From IMG/VR virus record IMGVR_UViG_3300045988_140636: a DNA stretch of 64,000 nt. One strand, written 5' to 3'. Numbering within the stretch: position 1 is the first letter of the stretch; the number at the start of each line of letters is the position of its first letter. Made by a program: the position numbers and the translations under genes. Below, piece after piece: positions 1 to 8,634 of this stretch. The DNA is from a virus. Below the pieces are notes generated by a model. The model saw only the letters and a program-made list of their open reading frames with translations. It had not been told where the DNA came from and made no database searches.

Positions 1-297
1 GAAGCAACAAACATGTTCAAGGGGTGCTCGGCTTTGTCGTCGATCGGCGATGTGATCTTCTTACATACTGCTCTATCGCTGGCAGATTCCCCGAATATCG
101 ATGAAGATACGTTAAATCGATTTGGAGGATTTGCCTATGCTGCCGGAGAAAGCGGTGTAGCTCCTTTAAAAACTTTGGGACTACCGGCTGCTGCGTTGAC
201 ATTCAACACGGCTGCGCAAACCTTCTTAGAATCGGAAGGTATCATAGCGAAACTGATGGAGGAGAATTGGACGGTTAATTTCGCCGATTCAATGTAA
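1..297 (+). CDS. C-terminal fragment of a protein that continues upstream of the window; BspA-type leucine-rich-repeat-like motif (FKGCSALSSIGD); noticeably GC-richer than the rest of the window
   Basis: Open frame runs from position 1 to stop at 295-297; FxGCxxLxSI motif typical of Bacteroidales BspA-like LRR proteins; local GC ~50% versus ~33% elsewhere. Confidence 0.3.
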   Translation, partial: EATNMFKGCSALSSIGDVIFLHTALSLADSPNIDEDTLNRFGGFAYAAGESGVAPLKTLGLPAAALTFNTAAQTFLESEGIIAKLMEENWTVNFADSM

Positions 298-345
298 GGG
301 AGAAAAGAACTCAATCAAACAAAACCACATAAAAAACAAATACCC

Positions 346-582
346 ATGAATATAGAAGAAAAAACTTATCAAAAGATTACTCCCGCAACGGAAGGTAATT
401 ACCTGACTACCTACCAAGAAGGCGATGATATAAAGACTTACGAGGGAGTAAAAGCGATGTACACGCCGGCGGACTTCGACGCTTCAACCGTGCGGGAGAT
501 TACACCGGAGCAACATCTAAGCTATCAAAAAGCCAAAGAACAGGCTTTGCAGGAGGAAACAGAACAGGGAAATAATGCTTAA
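346..582 (+). CDS. hypothetical small protein (78 aa)
   Basis: ORF only; intermediate GC content. Confidence 0.25.
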   Translation: MNIEEKTYQKITPATEGNYLTTYQEGDDIKTYEGVKAMYTPADFDASTVREITPEQHLSYQKAKEQALQEETEQGNNA

Positions 583-604
583 AATGCAACTAATAAGATA
601 ATAA

Positions 605-1243
605 ATGTTAGTATGTATGATCAGTACTATCAAGAAATATTTATGGATTATACTAGTAATAGTATTAGGTCTGCTTATGGTTAGTACTTGTGTACTATAC
701 AATAGGTCCAGAAATTTAGCTAATGAACTTTCCATTTCATTAGCTAATGAAAAAGCCTTTTCTGCAGAAAATTCTATCTTAAAAGATGAGAGTAGAGTGT
801 TTCAATTTAGAATAGAACAATTAGACTACTACAATGATTCTCTTCTGGAGCAAATGAATAAGGTCAGGAAAGAACTTAAGATAAAAGATAGTAAGTTAAA
901 GCAAATGCAATACCTATTAGCTCAATCTTCTAAGAAAGATACTATATTCTATAGAGACACTATATTTAAGGATGCAACTATTAATATGGATACTGTGCTA
1001 GGGGATAAATGGTATAAGTTACAATTAGGCTTGAGATATCCTAACACCATAATAGTTAATCCAGAATTTACTACTGAAACTAATATAGTTTGGAGTGTAG
1101 ATAAGGAAACTATAAAGCCTCCCCACAAATGCTGGCTTGTTAGATTATTTCAGAAAAAACATAATGTATTGAAAGTTGATATTATAGAAAATAATCCTTA
1201 TTCTACAGTTAGAAAAAGTAGATTTATAGAGGTGATAAAGTAA
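605..1243 (+). CDS. membrane-anchored protein with N-terminal TM helix and coiled-coil region (possible lysis/spanin-like or morphogenesis protein)
   Basis: Hydrophobic N-terminus (IKKYLWIILVIVLGLLMVSTCVL) followed by charged heptad-like region. Confidence 0.35.
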   Translation: MLVCMISTIKKYLWIILVIVLGLLMVSTCVLYNRSRNLANELSISLANEKAFSAENSILKDESRVFQFRIEQLDYYNDSLLEQMNKVRKELKIKDSKLKQMQYLLAQSSKKDTIFYRDTIFKDATINMDTVLGDKWYKLQLGLRYPNTIIVNPEFTTETNIVWSVDKETIKPPHKCWLVRLFQKKHNVLKVDIIENNPYSTVRKSRFIEVIK

Positions 1244-1320
1244 TAGTAAATATTTTATTTATATAATTGATTATATCAAACTATTTGTATATCTTTGTTT
1301 ATCTTTAATAGGCATATAAA

Positions 1321-1578
1321 ATGGATAATAGAATTATAAATAGAGCAGAGGTTATTAATTCTCTGCAAGTGAGTGTACTAAGAAATATACCAGCAGGTGA
1401 TTTTAACCCTGGGATTGGATTTTTAGTGAAAAATATTACTGAGGGGAATATACAACTTCAAGTGAGACCTGCTGGTCAATCAGAGTTTATAACTACTGTC
1501 TTATATCCTGGCTGGAATCCAGAGATTTATTCTGAGATTAAAGGAGTATTAGCAAATACCTTGCAATATGGATATTAA
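1321..1578 (+). CDS. hypothetical protein (85 aa)
   Basis: ORF with AT-rich upstream region containing TAtcTTTG-like box at ~1287-1296. Confidence 0.3.
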   Translation: MDNRIINRAEVINSLQVSVLRNIPAGDFNPGIGFLVKNITEGNIQLQVRPAGQSEFITTVLYPGWNPEIYSEIKGVLANTLQYGY

Positions 1579-1851
1579 ATACTAGGTAGGAATAATCTTG
1601 TACCTATCAATACTAATAGAGCTGTAACCTATCTAACTAAATTCAACTATCATAATAGTAATTATGTGTTAAATATTCAAGCTAGTACCTTTACAGGAGG
1701 AAGTAGGCTATGTATAGGAGGAAAAGTAGATGGTCAAACCGCTGGAGATATGTTTTTTTTTCACAAACTTCTTCTGTATCCTTATTCTATGCATGTAGAT
1801 CTTTTAAAAATACAATTAAAGAAATTGAAAGTAAAAAATAATTTTTAATAT

Positions 1852-2235
1852 ATGGATCCAAGTTTAATTACAGGAATTGTAACTTTGTGTACTAACCTAG
1901 CTACAGGTATAGTAACCTGGTTACTAGCCAGAAGAAAATATAATACGGAAGTAGACTCTAATGAGATAGAAAACTTAAAGAAATCTCTAGAGTTTTATGA
2001 GGATATAGTAAGAGATAATAATAGAAAGCTTCAATTCTATATTAAACTTGCTGAAGATAATAGAGTAGGAGTATATAGATTGAAGGGTATTATTCATAGA
2101 TTATTAAACAATTCCTGCTTGGATAATATTTGTACTAAAAGACAATTCTATACTGAGGATCAAATTAGGGATATATTAGGGGAGATAGCTCCTGACTTAG
2201 AGGAAAAGAATATTAAAGATGGAACTGAGTCTTAG
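1852..2235 (+). CDS. holin-like small membrane protein (single N-terminal TM helix plus charged C-terminus)
   Basis: N-terminal hydrophobic segment ITGIVTLCTNLATGIVTWLLA then RRKYN and a highly charged tail; immediately upstream of a putative cell-wall enzyme. Confidence 0.35.
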   Translation: MDPSLITGIVTLCTNLATGIVTWLLARRKYNTEVDSNEIENLKKSLEFYEDIVRDNNRKLQFYIKLAEDNRVGVYRLKGIIHRLLNNSCLDNICTKRQFYTEDQIRDILGEIAPDLEEKNIKDGTES

Positions 2236-2680
2236 AAGAAAATATCTTGGAGATACTTATACAATAGGAGACTTATACATAGATGGAAAGTTCTTTTCTA
2301 ATACTCTTGAAGATGTAGATAGAGGCTTAGATAGCTCAATGACCATAGAGGAAATTAAGGGTAAGAAGATATATGGAAATACGGCTATTCCTAAAGGAGT
2401 TTATGAGATTACTTTAGATATAATAAGTTCTAAATTTAAGAATAGATCATGGGCTAAATTCTGTAATGGAAAACTACCTAGATTGCTTAATGTAAAAGGT
2501 TATGAAGGAGTTCTTATTCATGTAGGAAACAATAGTAGTGATACTCTTGGATGTATTCTGGTTGGAGAGAATACTAGTAAGGGAGTTATTACTAATAGTA
2601 CTATTACATTTAAGAAGCTTTATTCATATCTTCTAGTAGCTAAGGAAAAAGGAGATAAGTTAACTATTAAAATAGAGTGA
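2219..2680 (+). CDS. putative peptidoglycan-acting enzyme with L,D-transpeptidase (YkuD)-like catalytic signature; endolysin candidate
   Basis: Motif IHVGNNSSDTLGCILVGEN resembles the YkuD H...(S/T)xGC(I/V)R catalytic His/Cys signature; overlaps holin-like gene in operon fashion. Confidence 0.4.
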   Translation: MELSLRRKYLGDTYTIGDLYIDGKFFSNTLEDVDRGLDSSMTIEEIKGKKIYGNTAIPKGVYEITLDIISSKFKNRSWAKFCNGKLPRLLNVKGYEGVLIHVGNNSSDTLGCILVGENTSKGVITNSTITFKKLYSYLLVAKEKGDKLTIKIE

Positions 2681-2711
2681 TCAATATGAAAAGAAGTGGA
2701 TGTAAAGGAAA

Positions 2712-2742
2712 AGGTAAAGGTAAAAAAGGTAAAGGTAAATAA
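2712..2742 (+). repeat. short tandem aaaggt(aaa) repeat encoding a KGKGKGKKGKGK peptide within a 15-codon micro-ORF (2696-2743)
   Basis: Direct hexanucleotide-like repetition aaaggtaaaggtaaaaaaggtaaaggtaaa. Confidence 0.4.
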
Positions 2743-3013
2743 TTATGGGAAGACCTAGAGCACTAAATGGCACAACTGGAGCTTCTTCTCTTAGAAGAAG
2801 AAGAGAGTTGAAGAGAAAAAAGAAGAAATAAGATTTGCCATGAGAAGAATAGTTATCTATAAATTGGAATTAATCTGTATAAAGTATATTCCAATAATTG
2901 TAGCTCTTCTTAGTTTATAGGATTCAGTATTCCTCTTACCGATAAGAAGTTAGTATTTGATACAACAGATTTAGAGAGTTTCAAAGAGATGTTAATTACT
3001 AAAGAATAATATT

Positions 3014-3646
3014 ATGGATGAACTTATGTTGATGGAATATCTCAGAAGTAAAGGTATAAGTGAACAAGAATTCATGCATAAATTCAAGGAATTTATGTCT
3101 GGACATACTAGAAATAATCATTCTAGTAACGATGACTATCATTTGATGTATGGAAGTGCTTATGACTCCAACAGACATCATGATATATCAAGTTCATTTA
3201 ACCCAGAGAGAAGTAGAGGAGGTCTCTTTGAAAGATTTAACAGAATGTCCGATAGCTTGACTGAAGAAGATATGTATGAAATAATGAAAATGGCTAGGGA
3301 GAAGAAAAACTCTGGAAATGAACATTTTAATGAATCATATGCAAAATATCTGGTATCTAACATGTACCATTATGAAGGTGGTAGAAAATATGTTGGTGAA
3401 AAATTCAGTATGGCTAAGGCTGAAGAAGTGTGTGAAAGATATAGAGGAGTTATCCCACAATCTTTTACTCATGCAGATACGTATGTAGCTATTAATGAGC
3501 ATTATCATAACTGTAGTGAATTATTCAAGTCATGGTTTGGAGAAGATATAGACCAGAAAGTCATTGAAGCAGCTATATTATACTGGTTCAAAGATGATGA
3601 TTGTAAGAGTAATTCAAAATTGTGGAATCATTTCAAGGAAAACTAA
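3014..3646 (+). CDS. hypothetical protein (210 aa)
   Basis: ORF followed by a clear intrinsic terminator. Confidence 0.4.
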   Translation: MDELMLMEYLRSKGISEQEFMHKFKEFMSGHTRNNHSSNDDYHLMYGSAYDSNRHHDISSSFNPERSRGGLFERFNRMSDSLTEEDMYEIMKMAREKKNSGNEHFNESYAKYLVSNMYHYEGGRKYVGEKFSMAKAEEVCERYRGVIPQSFTHADTYVAINEHYHNCSELFKSWFGEDIDQKVIEAAILYWFKDDDCKSNSKLWNHFKEN

Positions 3647-3651
3647 TTATA

Positions 3652-3685
3652 AAGGGCAGGTTATCTTGCCCTTTATTTTTTTTTA
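3652..3685 (+). terminator. rho-independent terminator (GC stem aagggcag...ctgccctt followed by T-run)
   Basis: Inverted repeat then ttatttttttttt directly after stop of 3014-3646. Confidence 0.6.
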
Positions 3686-3740
3686 CTTATCCTAAGTGTA
3701 AATAATTTACTTATATTATTAATATAACTCCTCTTTAATA

Positions 3741-3772
3741 CTTGTTGCGAATTTGGTTTATATATATCTTTG
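3741..3772 (+). promoter_or_regulatory. Bacteroidetes-type promoter candidate: CTTGTTGC - 16 nt - TATCTTTG, 31 nt upstream of ATG 3804
   Basis: TAnnTTTG -7 box (tatctttg 3765-3772) plus upstream TTG-rich box; identical architecture and spacing recurs at 12523-12554. Confidence 0.45.
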
Positions 3773-3803
3773 CATTGTTTATTAATAAATAGGAGAAACA
3801 AAT

Positions 3804-4976
3804 ATGACTGAAGAGCTTAGTTTAGACAATATTCTGGGATCAGATGAAATAGAAAATCTATTCTCAGAGGAAGAAGAAACACAGGAGGTTCCCCAAGATA
3901 ACGATGGGGACAATCCTGAAGAAAATAAAAATGATAAAGATAATGAAACTACTGAGGTTATTGATGTAGATAATTTATTTACTGATTCACCAGAGAGCGT
4001 AGGTAGTGGAAAAGAGGATAACACAGGGGATAGGGAAGATACTTCTCCTAAAGAGGATAAGGATGCTTCTCCCAATAAACACTTCTACTCTTCCGTTGCC
4101 AAAGCCTTGAAAGAAGAAGGTATCTTCCAAACCCTTGAAGATAATGAAGTTGAAGGAATATCTTCAGCTGAAGACTTTGCTGAGATTATAGATAAGCAAA
4201 TTCACTCTATGTTAGATGACAGACAGAAGAGAATAGATGAGGCTCTAAATGCTGGAGTGGATATTTCAGAAATTCAGAAATATGAGAAAGCTCTAGAGTT
4301 CTTTAACTCTCTTCAAGAGAGTGAAATTACTGATGAGAGTGATAAAGGGGAAAGATTAAGAAAACGGCTTATTTATACTGATTTTATAAATAGAGGGTAT
4401 AGTGCTGAAAGAGCTCAAAGAGAAGTGCAAAAATCATTTAGCTCTGGCACTGATATAGAGGATGCTAAAGAGGCTCTGACAAGTAATAAAGAATTCTTCC
4501 AAACAGAATATGATAATATTATAAAGGAAGCAAAGGAAGAAGAACAAAAGGAAGTGGAAAAGAGAAAAAAACAGGCAGAAGATTTAAAAAGATCAATTCT
4601 TGAAGATACTAAAATATTTGGAGACTTACAAGTAGACAAGGTAACTAGAAGAAAGATTTATGATAATATAAGTAAGCCTGTTTATAAAGACCCGGAGACT
4701 GGAGAATTATTCACAGCTATTCAGAGATATGAAATGGAGAATAGAACTGAATTTCTTAAGAATATTGGGTTGCTTTTTACACTAACTGATGGCTTTAAAA
4801 ATTTGGATAATTTAGTAAAGAATAAAGTGAGAAAAGAAGTAAAGAAAGGTCTTAGAGAGCTAGAACACACTCTCAACAACACATCAAGAACATCAGACGG
4901 AAATTTAAAATTTGTAAGTGGGGTTGAAGATGATCCAGAGTCCTTTATTGGAAAAGGATGGGAAATAGATGTGTAG
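3804..4976 (+). CDS. highly acidic protein (390 aa), scaffold-like by composition and position directly upstream of capsid-sized gene
   Basis: D/E-rich N-terminal third, predicted helical charged remainder; promoter upstream; immediately precedes intron-containing structural gene. Confidence 0.35.
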   Translation: MTEELSLDNILGSDEIENLFSEEEETQEVPQDNDGDNPEENKNDKDNETTEVIDVDNLFTDSPESVGSGKEDNTGDREDTSPKEDKDASPNKHFYSSVAKALKEEGIFQTLEDNEVEGISSAEDFAEIIDKQIHSMLDDRQKRIDEALNAGVDISEIQKYEKALEFFNSLQESEITDESDKGERLRKRLIYTDFINRGYSAERAQREVQKSFSSGTDIEDAKEALTSNKEFFQTEYDNIIKEAKEEEQKEVEKRKKQAEDLKRSILEDTKIFGDLQVDKVTRRKIYDNISKPVYKDPETGELFTAIQRYEMENRTEFLKNIGLLFTLTDGFKNLDNLVKNKVRKEVKKGLRELEHTLNNTSRTSDGNLKFVSGVEDDPESFIGKGWEIDV

Positions 4977-4984
4977 TCTAAGTC

Positions 4985-5364
4985 TTTCATAATTTTATGA
5001 AACATATCTAACTATTAAAAAACAACAGAAATGGCAGGAAAATTAGGAAAATTCCAGATGGTAGGTTTCCAACATTGGAAGGGTTGACTCACAAGTTAAG
5101 CCCTTGTAAAATTGGGTAAAATCGGTGAAGCCCTCCAAATAAAATTAAAGGGTAATACCGAGCTAACCTTTATAATAATATATAAAGGTAGTGTAACGCA
5201 TAGAAGATGAAACTATGATTAGAAAAGCATGTATTTATAATCACATAGAATATAATTCTTCCACGAGTATCCAACATACTGAATAGTATGAAAATGTATG
5301 CTGAACTTACACAATGGTAAAGTGTAAGAACTAAGAGATAAAAAGCTCTCAGGATAACAGATTG
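4985..5364 (+). ncRNA. candidate minimal (endonuclease-free) group I intron upstream of structural-gene exon; 5' boundary unresolved
   Basis: 5' part (5141-5215) is collinear with the 5' part of the GIY-YIG intron (shared ggtaataccgagctaac ... tagtgta ... gaaact); 3' end gataacagattg| matches the TAACAnnnTG| 3' ends of the other introns; putative P7 shows compensatory change (R-like acgcata / S-like tatgc). Confidence 0.35.
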
Positions 5365-6214
5365 TTAACAAAAGAGAACCACTTGGGTTCTATCTTCCAA
5401 TTAGCTCCACAAAAAGCTACCAACCTTATGGTTCAATTGCTTGCCTATTACAGAGGTAAAACCCTTGACACATTCCTAAATCAGTTCCCAGTTAGAGAAT
5501 TTGAAGATGATACTGAGTATTACTGGGATGTAATAGGTTCTTCAAGGAGAAATATTCCTCTTGTAGAGGCAAGAGATGAGAATGGCACTCCTGTTACTGC
5601 AGGAAGCCCTAATGTTGGTGTTGGTACTACTCCTTTTTATTTAGTCTTCCCTGAAGACTGGTTTGCTGATGGAGAAGTAATTGTTGGTCATTTGAACCAA
5701 GTATATCCATTCAGAATACTAGGTGACCCCAGAATGGAGGGAACTAATGCGGTGTACAAAGTTGAGCTGATGGGAGGTAATACTGCAGGATGCCCTGCAG
5801 AGAGACTCCTTGCAGGGGAAAGATTCTCTGTAGATTTCGCTCCAGTAGAGAAGGAATTATCAAGGAAAGTAGGTGATGTTAGATTCACTAGTCCTGTTTC
5901 CATGAGAAATGAGTGGTCTACAATAAGAATTCAACATAAGGTTCCAGGTTCTGCTCTTACAAAGAAACTTGCTGTGGGCATACCTATGACTAAAGCAACT
6001 GAGAACGGAGGACTTACCAAGTCTATAGCTACAATGTGGATGCATAATGTAGATTGGGAAGTTGAACAACAATTCTCTGAATACAAAAACAATGCTCTTG
6101 CGTTTGGTACTTCTAACAGAAATTCCAATGGGGAGTATATGAATATCGGTAAATCAGGCAATGCGATTAAGACAGGTGCTGGTTTAAAGGCTCAAATAGG
6201 CCAGCTAGCTGCAT
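5365..6214 (+). CDS. capsid-sized structural protein (major capsid protein candidate), exon A; ORF-track start 5362 is a TTG at the intron 3' end, not a real start
   Basis: Long ORF ending with T of TAA at 6214 where a group I intron begins (t|aagcag); spliced product ~500 aa with its own terminator; true N-terminus unresolved (possibly internal ATG ~5428 or an upstream exon). Confidence 0.5.
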
Positions 6215-7099
6215 AAGCAGTCAAGAAATTAAAATTAACAAAACTAAGTCGGTGGAAGTCCTGAGATGGATAATACCGAGCTAACTATAGGAACTAAAAA
6301 GCTTATAGTAGTGTAGAGACTAGAGGTTGAAACTCTTTATATTATGACTAAATATGGTAGAATCTATATAATAAGAAATACTATAAATAATAAGGTTTAT
6401 ATAGGACAGACTAAAGTAAGCTTAAAATTGAGATTTCAAAATCATTTATCTGCTGCAAGAAATAACAAAGATTATGTTATAGGTAAAGCGATAAGAAAAT
6501 ATGGTGAAGAAAACTTTTATATAGAATTACTTGAAGAGTGTACTATAGAAGAACTTAATGATAGAGAAAAGTATTGGATTTCTTATTTTAATTCTACTGA
6601 TAATAAATTTGGTTATAATATGTCTATTGGGGGTAATGTTATTAGAACCACTAAAGAATTAGACAAGGACTTAATAATAAACATGTTTAATTCTGGGATT
6701 CCAGCATATAAAATAGCTAAAATTTTGCATACTGGAGTACCTAATATTACTAGTCTATTAAAGAGATCTAATATAATTTATGGCTTAGGTTTGCAAAAGA
6801 CTAATAAACTTGAGGAGTCTATGATAATAGATTTATATTTAGATGGTTATAGTACAGTAGACATAGGAAAAAAGTTTGGTAAAAATAAGAGTACGATAAG
6901 AAGAATACTCTTGAGGAATGATATTAAACTTAGAGCCTTTAAAGAGACTAAAAACTTGGGAAGAGATCTCCCAACATTACAATAGTAATGCTCCACGAGA
7001 GTTTTGCATTTAGATGTGGTAATCTAAATGAATATATAGTCCGAACTTCATAGTAATATGAAGAAATAGTGGATAAAGAGCCACTATGATAACATAATG
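6215..7099 (+). ncRNA. group I intron containing GIY-YIG homing endonuclease gene
   Basis: 5' part with ataccgagctaac and R-like gtgtagagactagagg (6305-6320); S element aatatatagtccgaac at 7025-7040; P9-like hairpins ttcatagtaatatgaa and atagtggataaagagccactat; ends gataacataatg| at 7099. Confidence 0.7.
6344..6985 (+). CDS. GIY-YIG homing endonuclease (I-TevI-like) with C-terminal DNA-binding region, intron-encoded
   Basis: YGRIYIIRNTINNKVYIGQT ... R ... E ... N motifs of GIY-YIG; located between intron core elements. Confidence 0.8.
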   Translation: MTKYGRIYIIRNTINNKVYIGQTKVSLKLRFQNHLSAARNNKDYVIGKAIRKYGEENFYIELLEECTIEELNDREKYWISYFNSTDNKFGYNMSIGGNVIRTTKELDKDLIINMFNSGIPAYKIAKILHTGVPNITSLLKRSNIIYGLGLQKTNKLEESMIIDLYLDGYSTVDIGKKFGKNKSTIRRILLRNDIKLRAFKETKNLGRDLPTLQ

Positions 7100-7600
7100 T
7101 ATTTGAGCAAATGGAAGTAGCTAATACTATGTATTATAATACTTTCAGCTTGAAACTTCTTGAAGATGCCTTGTATGAATTATCTGCATCCAAGTTGGAT
7201 TTTGGTGATAGATATTTCTTAATCAAAACAGGTGAAAGAGGAGCTATCCAATTCCATAAAGCTGTATTGAATGTAGTTTCAGGTTGGACCCAATTTGTAT
7301 TGGATAACAGTTCTACTAGAGTAGTAGAGAAAACCCAGTCTAGATTACATACAAATGCATTGTCTGCAGGATTCCAATTTGTCGAGTACAAAGCTCCCAA
7401 TGGAGTCAGAGTTAAAATTGATGTAGATCCTATGTATGATGATCCAGTTAGAAATAAGATACTTCATCCTCTTGGAGGAGTGGCTTATTCCTACAGATAT
7501 GATATTATGTATATCGGAACAATGGATCAGCCGAATATCTTTAAGTGTAAGATTAAAGGTGATACAGAATATAGAGGGTATCAATGGGGGTTAACGGCGT
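7100..7600 (+). CDS. capsid-sized structural protein, exon B (joins exon A in frame: ...GQLAA-L-FEQMEVANTMYY...)
   Basis: 3' splice after g7099; one nt from exon A (t6214) plus ta 7100-7101 gives Leu codon; exon ends at T7600 of TAA where next intron starts (t|aagcc). Confidence 0.55.
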
Positions 7601-8433
7601 AAGCCTTTACACATTTCTCAGCTCCCAAAGTTCTCCCCTAGAAACAGAAGTAGAGCTAGTAAAGAAAAACAAGGTTAATTGCTGGAAGTTCCTTAGAGCT
7701 TTCACTGCTTTTTAAACTTCAAACATTTAAATATGGAAGTTAAAGAATTATGGAAGCCTCTGCTAGAATATAAAGGCATAGAGGTAAGCTCAATTGGTAG
7801 AATAAGAAAAGCTGCTAATAAGAGTAGAAAAGAGAGAATCTTGACTGAATTTCCTAAAGATAGAGATGGTTACTACAGATGCTCTGTGCAAAGACTTGAT
7901 GGAACATGGACTTCTCAACCAGTCCATAGATTAGTTGCCAAAGCATTTATCCCTAGAACTAAGAATAGAGATATAGTTAATCATATAGATGGGAATAGAA
8001 CTAATAACAGAATAGAAAATCTTGAATGGGTAACTCCAAAAGAAAATGTCATTCATTCATTTAAATTTGGTTCAAGAAAAATTTGTAAACAAGTTCCCAA
8101 GAAGACTATTCTAACAGATTTCCAAGTTAATCAGATAGGGAAATTAAGAGAATTATATACAGTCAATCAAATAGCTAAACTTTTTAATATAGAATATCAG
8201 TCTCTCAAAAATATAATTCATAAAAAGAAACAATGTGAAAGATTGGATGATCAGCAGCCAAGCATATATACTAGTGTATATGAAGGTTCAGAGACTATCC
8301 CAGATGGGAGTAAGTAGTAAGTACTACTGAAACGCCTTGCTCACTTAATATTAAGTGATGAAGATATAGTCCGAACTCTAATGAAAGTTAGAGATAATAC
8401 ATGGAAACGATGTATTAGCAACATAAAAAAAAT
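7601..8433 (+). ncRNA. group I intron containing HNH homing endonuclease gene
   Basis: P-like ggttaattgctggaag at ~7674-7689; S element gaagatatagtccgaac at 8346-8365; hairpins tctaatgaaagttaga and aatacatggaaacgatgtatt; ends aacataaaaaaaatg| at 8433. Confidence 0.7.
7733..8317 (+). CDS. HNH homing endonuclease (NUMOD4-HNH_3-HTH architecture), intron-encoded
   Basis: [10 protein letters not shown]...[26 protein letters not shown] core; N-terminal SIGRIR NUMOD4-like; C-terminal helix-turn-helix-like repeats. Confidence 0.8.
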   Translation: MEVKELWKPLLEYKGIEVSSIGRIRKAANKSRKERILTEFPKDRDGYYRCSVQRLDGTWTSQPVHRLVAKAFIPRTKNRDIVNHIDGNRTNNRIENLEWVTPKENVIHSFKFGSRKICKQVPKKTILTDFQVNQIGKLRELYTVNQIAKLFNIEYQSLKNIIHKKKQCERLDDQQPSIYTSVYEGSETIPDGSK

Positions 8434-8582
8434 GTGAGAAATCCTTTTACAGGACAGAAGGGTAATCCCTATATGTCTTTTGATGAGGACTCGGCAGTTA
8501 TTCATAGAATGGCCACTTTAGGTATCTGTGTTCTTGATCCTACGAGAACTATGTCAATTATTCCTGCTATACTGCAGGGTTA
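8434..8582 (+). CDS. capsid-sized structural protein, exon C (49 codons, ...DPTRTMSIIPAILQG*)
   Basis: Frame restored by t7600 + tg 8434-8435 (Leu); open to TAA 8580-8582; strong terminator immediately downstream. Confidence 0.5.
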
Positions 8583-8588
8583 ATATAA

Positions 8589-8619
8589 TGGGAGTAGGTA
8601 CTCCTACTCCCTATTTTTT
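8589..8619 (+). terminator. rho-independent terminator (gggagtagg tact cctactccc + T-run)
   Basis: Perfect 9-bp GC-rich stem then tattttttt; 6 nt after inferred exon C stop. Confidence 0.7.
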
Positions 8620-8634
8620 TAGAAAGGAGAAGAT

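Noticed and set aside
2712-2742. aaaggtaaaggt tandem repeat as a CRISPR or other array
   Set aside because: Only ~5 short contiguous units without spacers; no other direct-repeat/spacer architecture anywhere in the window.
3782-4075. Short antisense or embedded ORFs inside large genes (e.g. 3782-4075, 5688-6161 minus, 10799-11138 minus, 31872-32573 plus, 35202-37586 plus, 53541-55954 plus)
   Set aside because: All lie entirely within longer, better-supported ORFs on the opposite strand, have low-complexity translations typical of AT-rich antisense frames, and lack start-site context.
3804-4976. Acidic ORF 3804-4976 as the missing 5' exon (scaffold/delta domain fused to capsid protein)
   Set aside because: Every candidate 5' splice site near its 3' end leaves an in-frame stop or a frame mismatch with the exon starting at 5365; treated as a separate scaffold-like gene, but not fully excluded.
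6214-7602. Possibility that the TAA codons at 6214-6216 and 7600-7602 are recoded sense codons (alternative genetic code, as reported for some crAss-like phages)
   Set aside because: Both stops coincide exactly with group I intron 5' ends (t|aag), the downstream frames only align after removing segments bounded by intron core elements, and all other long ORFs in the window terminate normally with standard stops.
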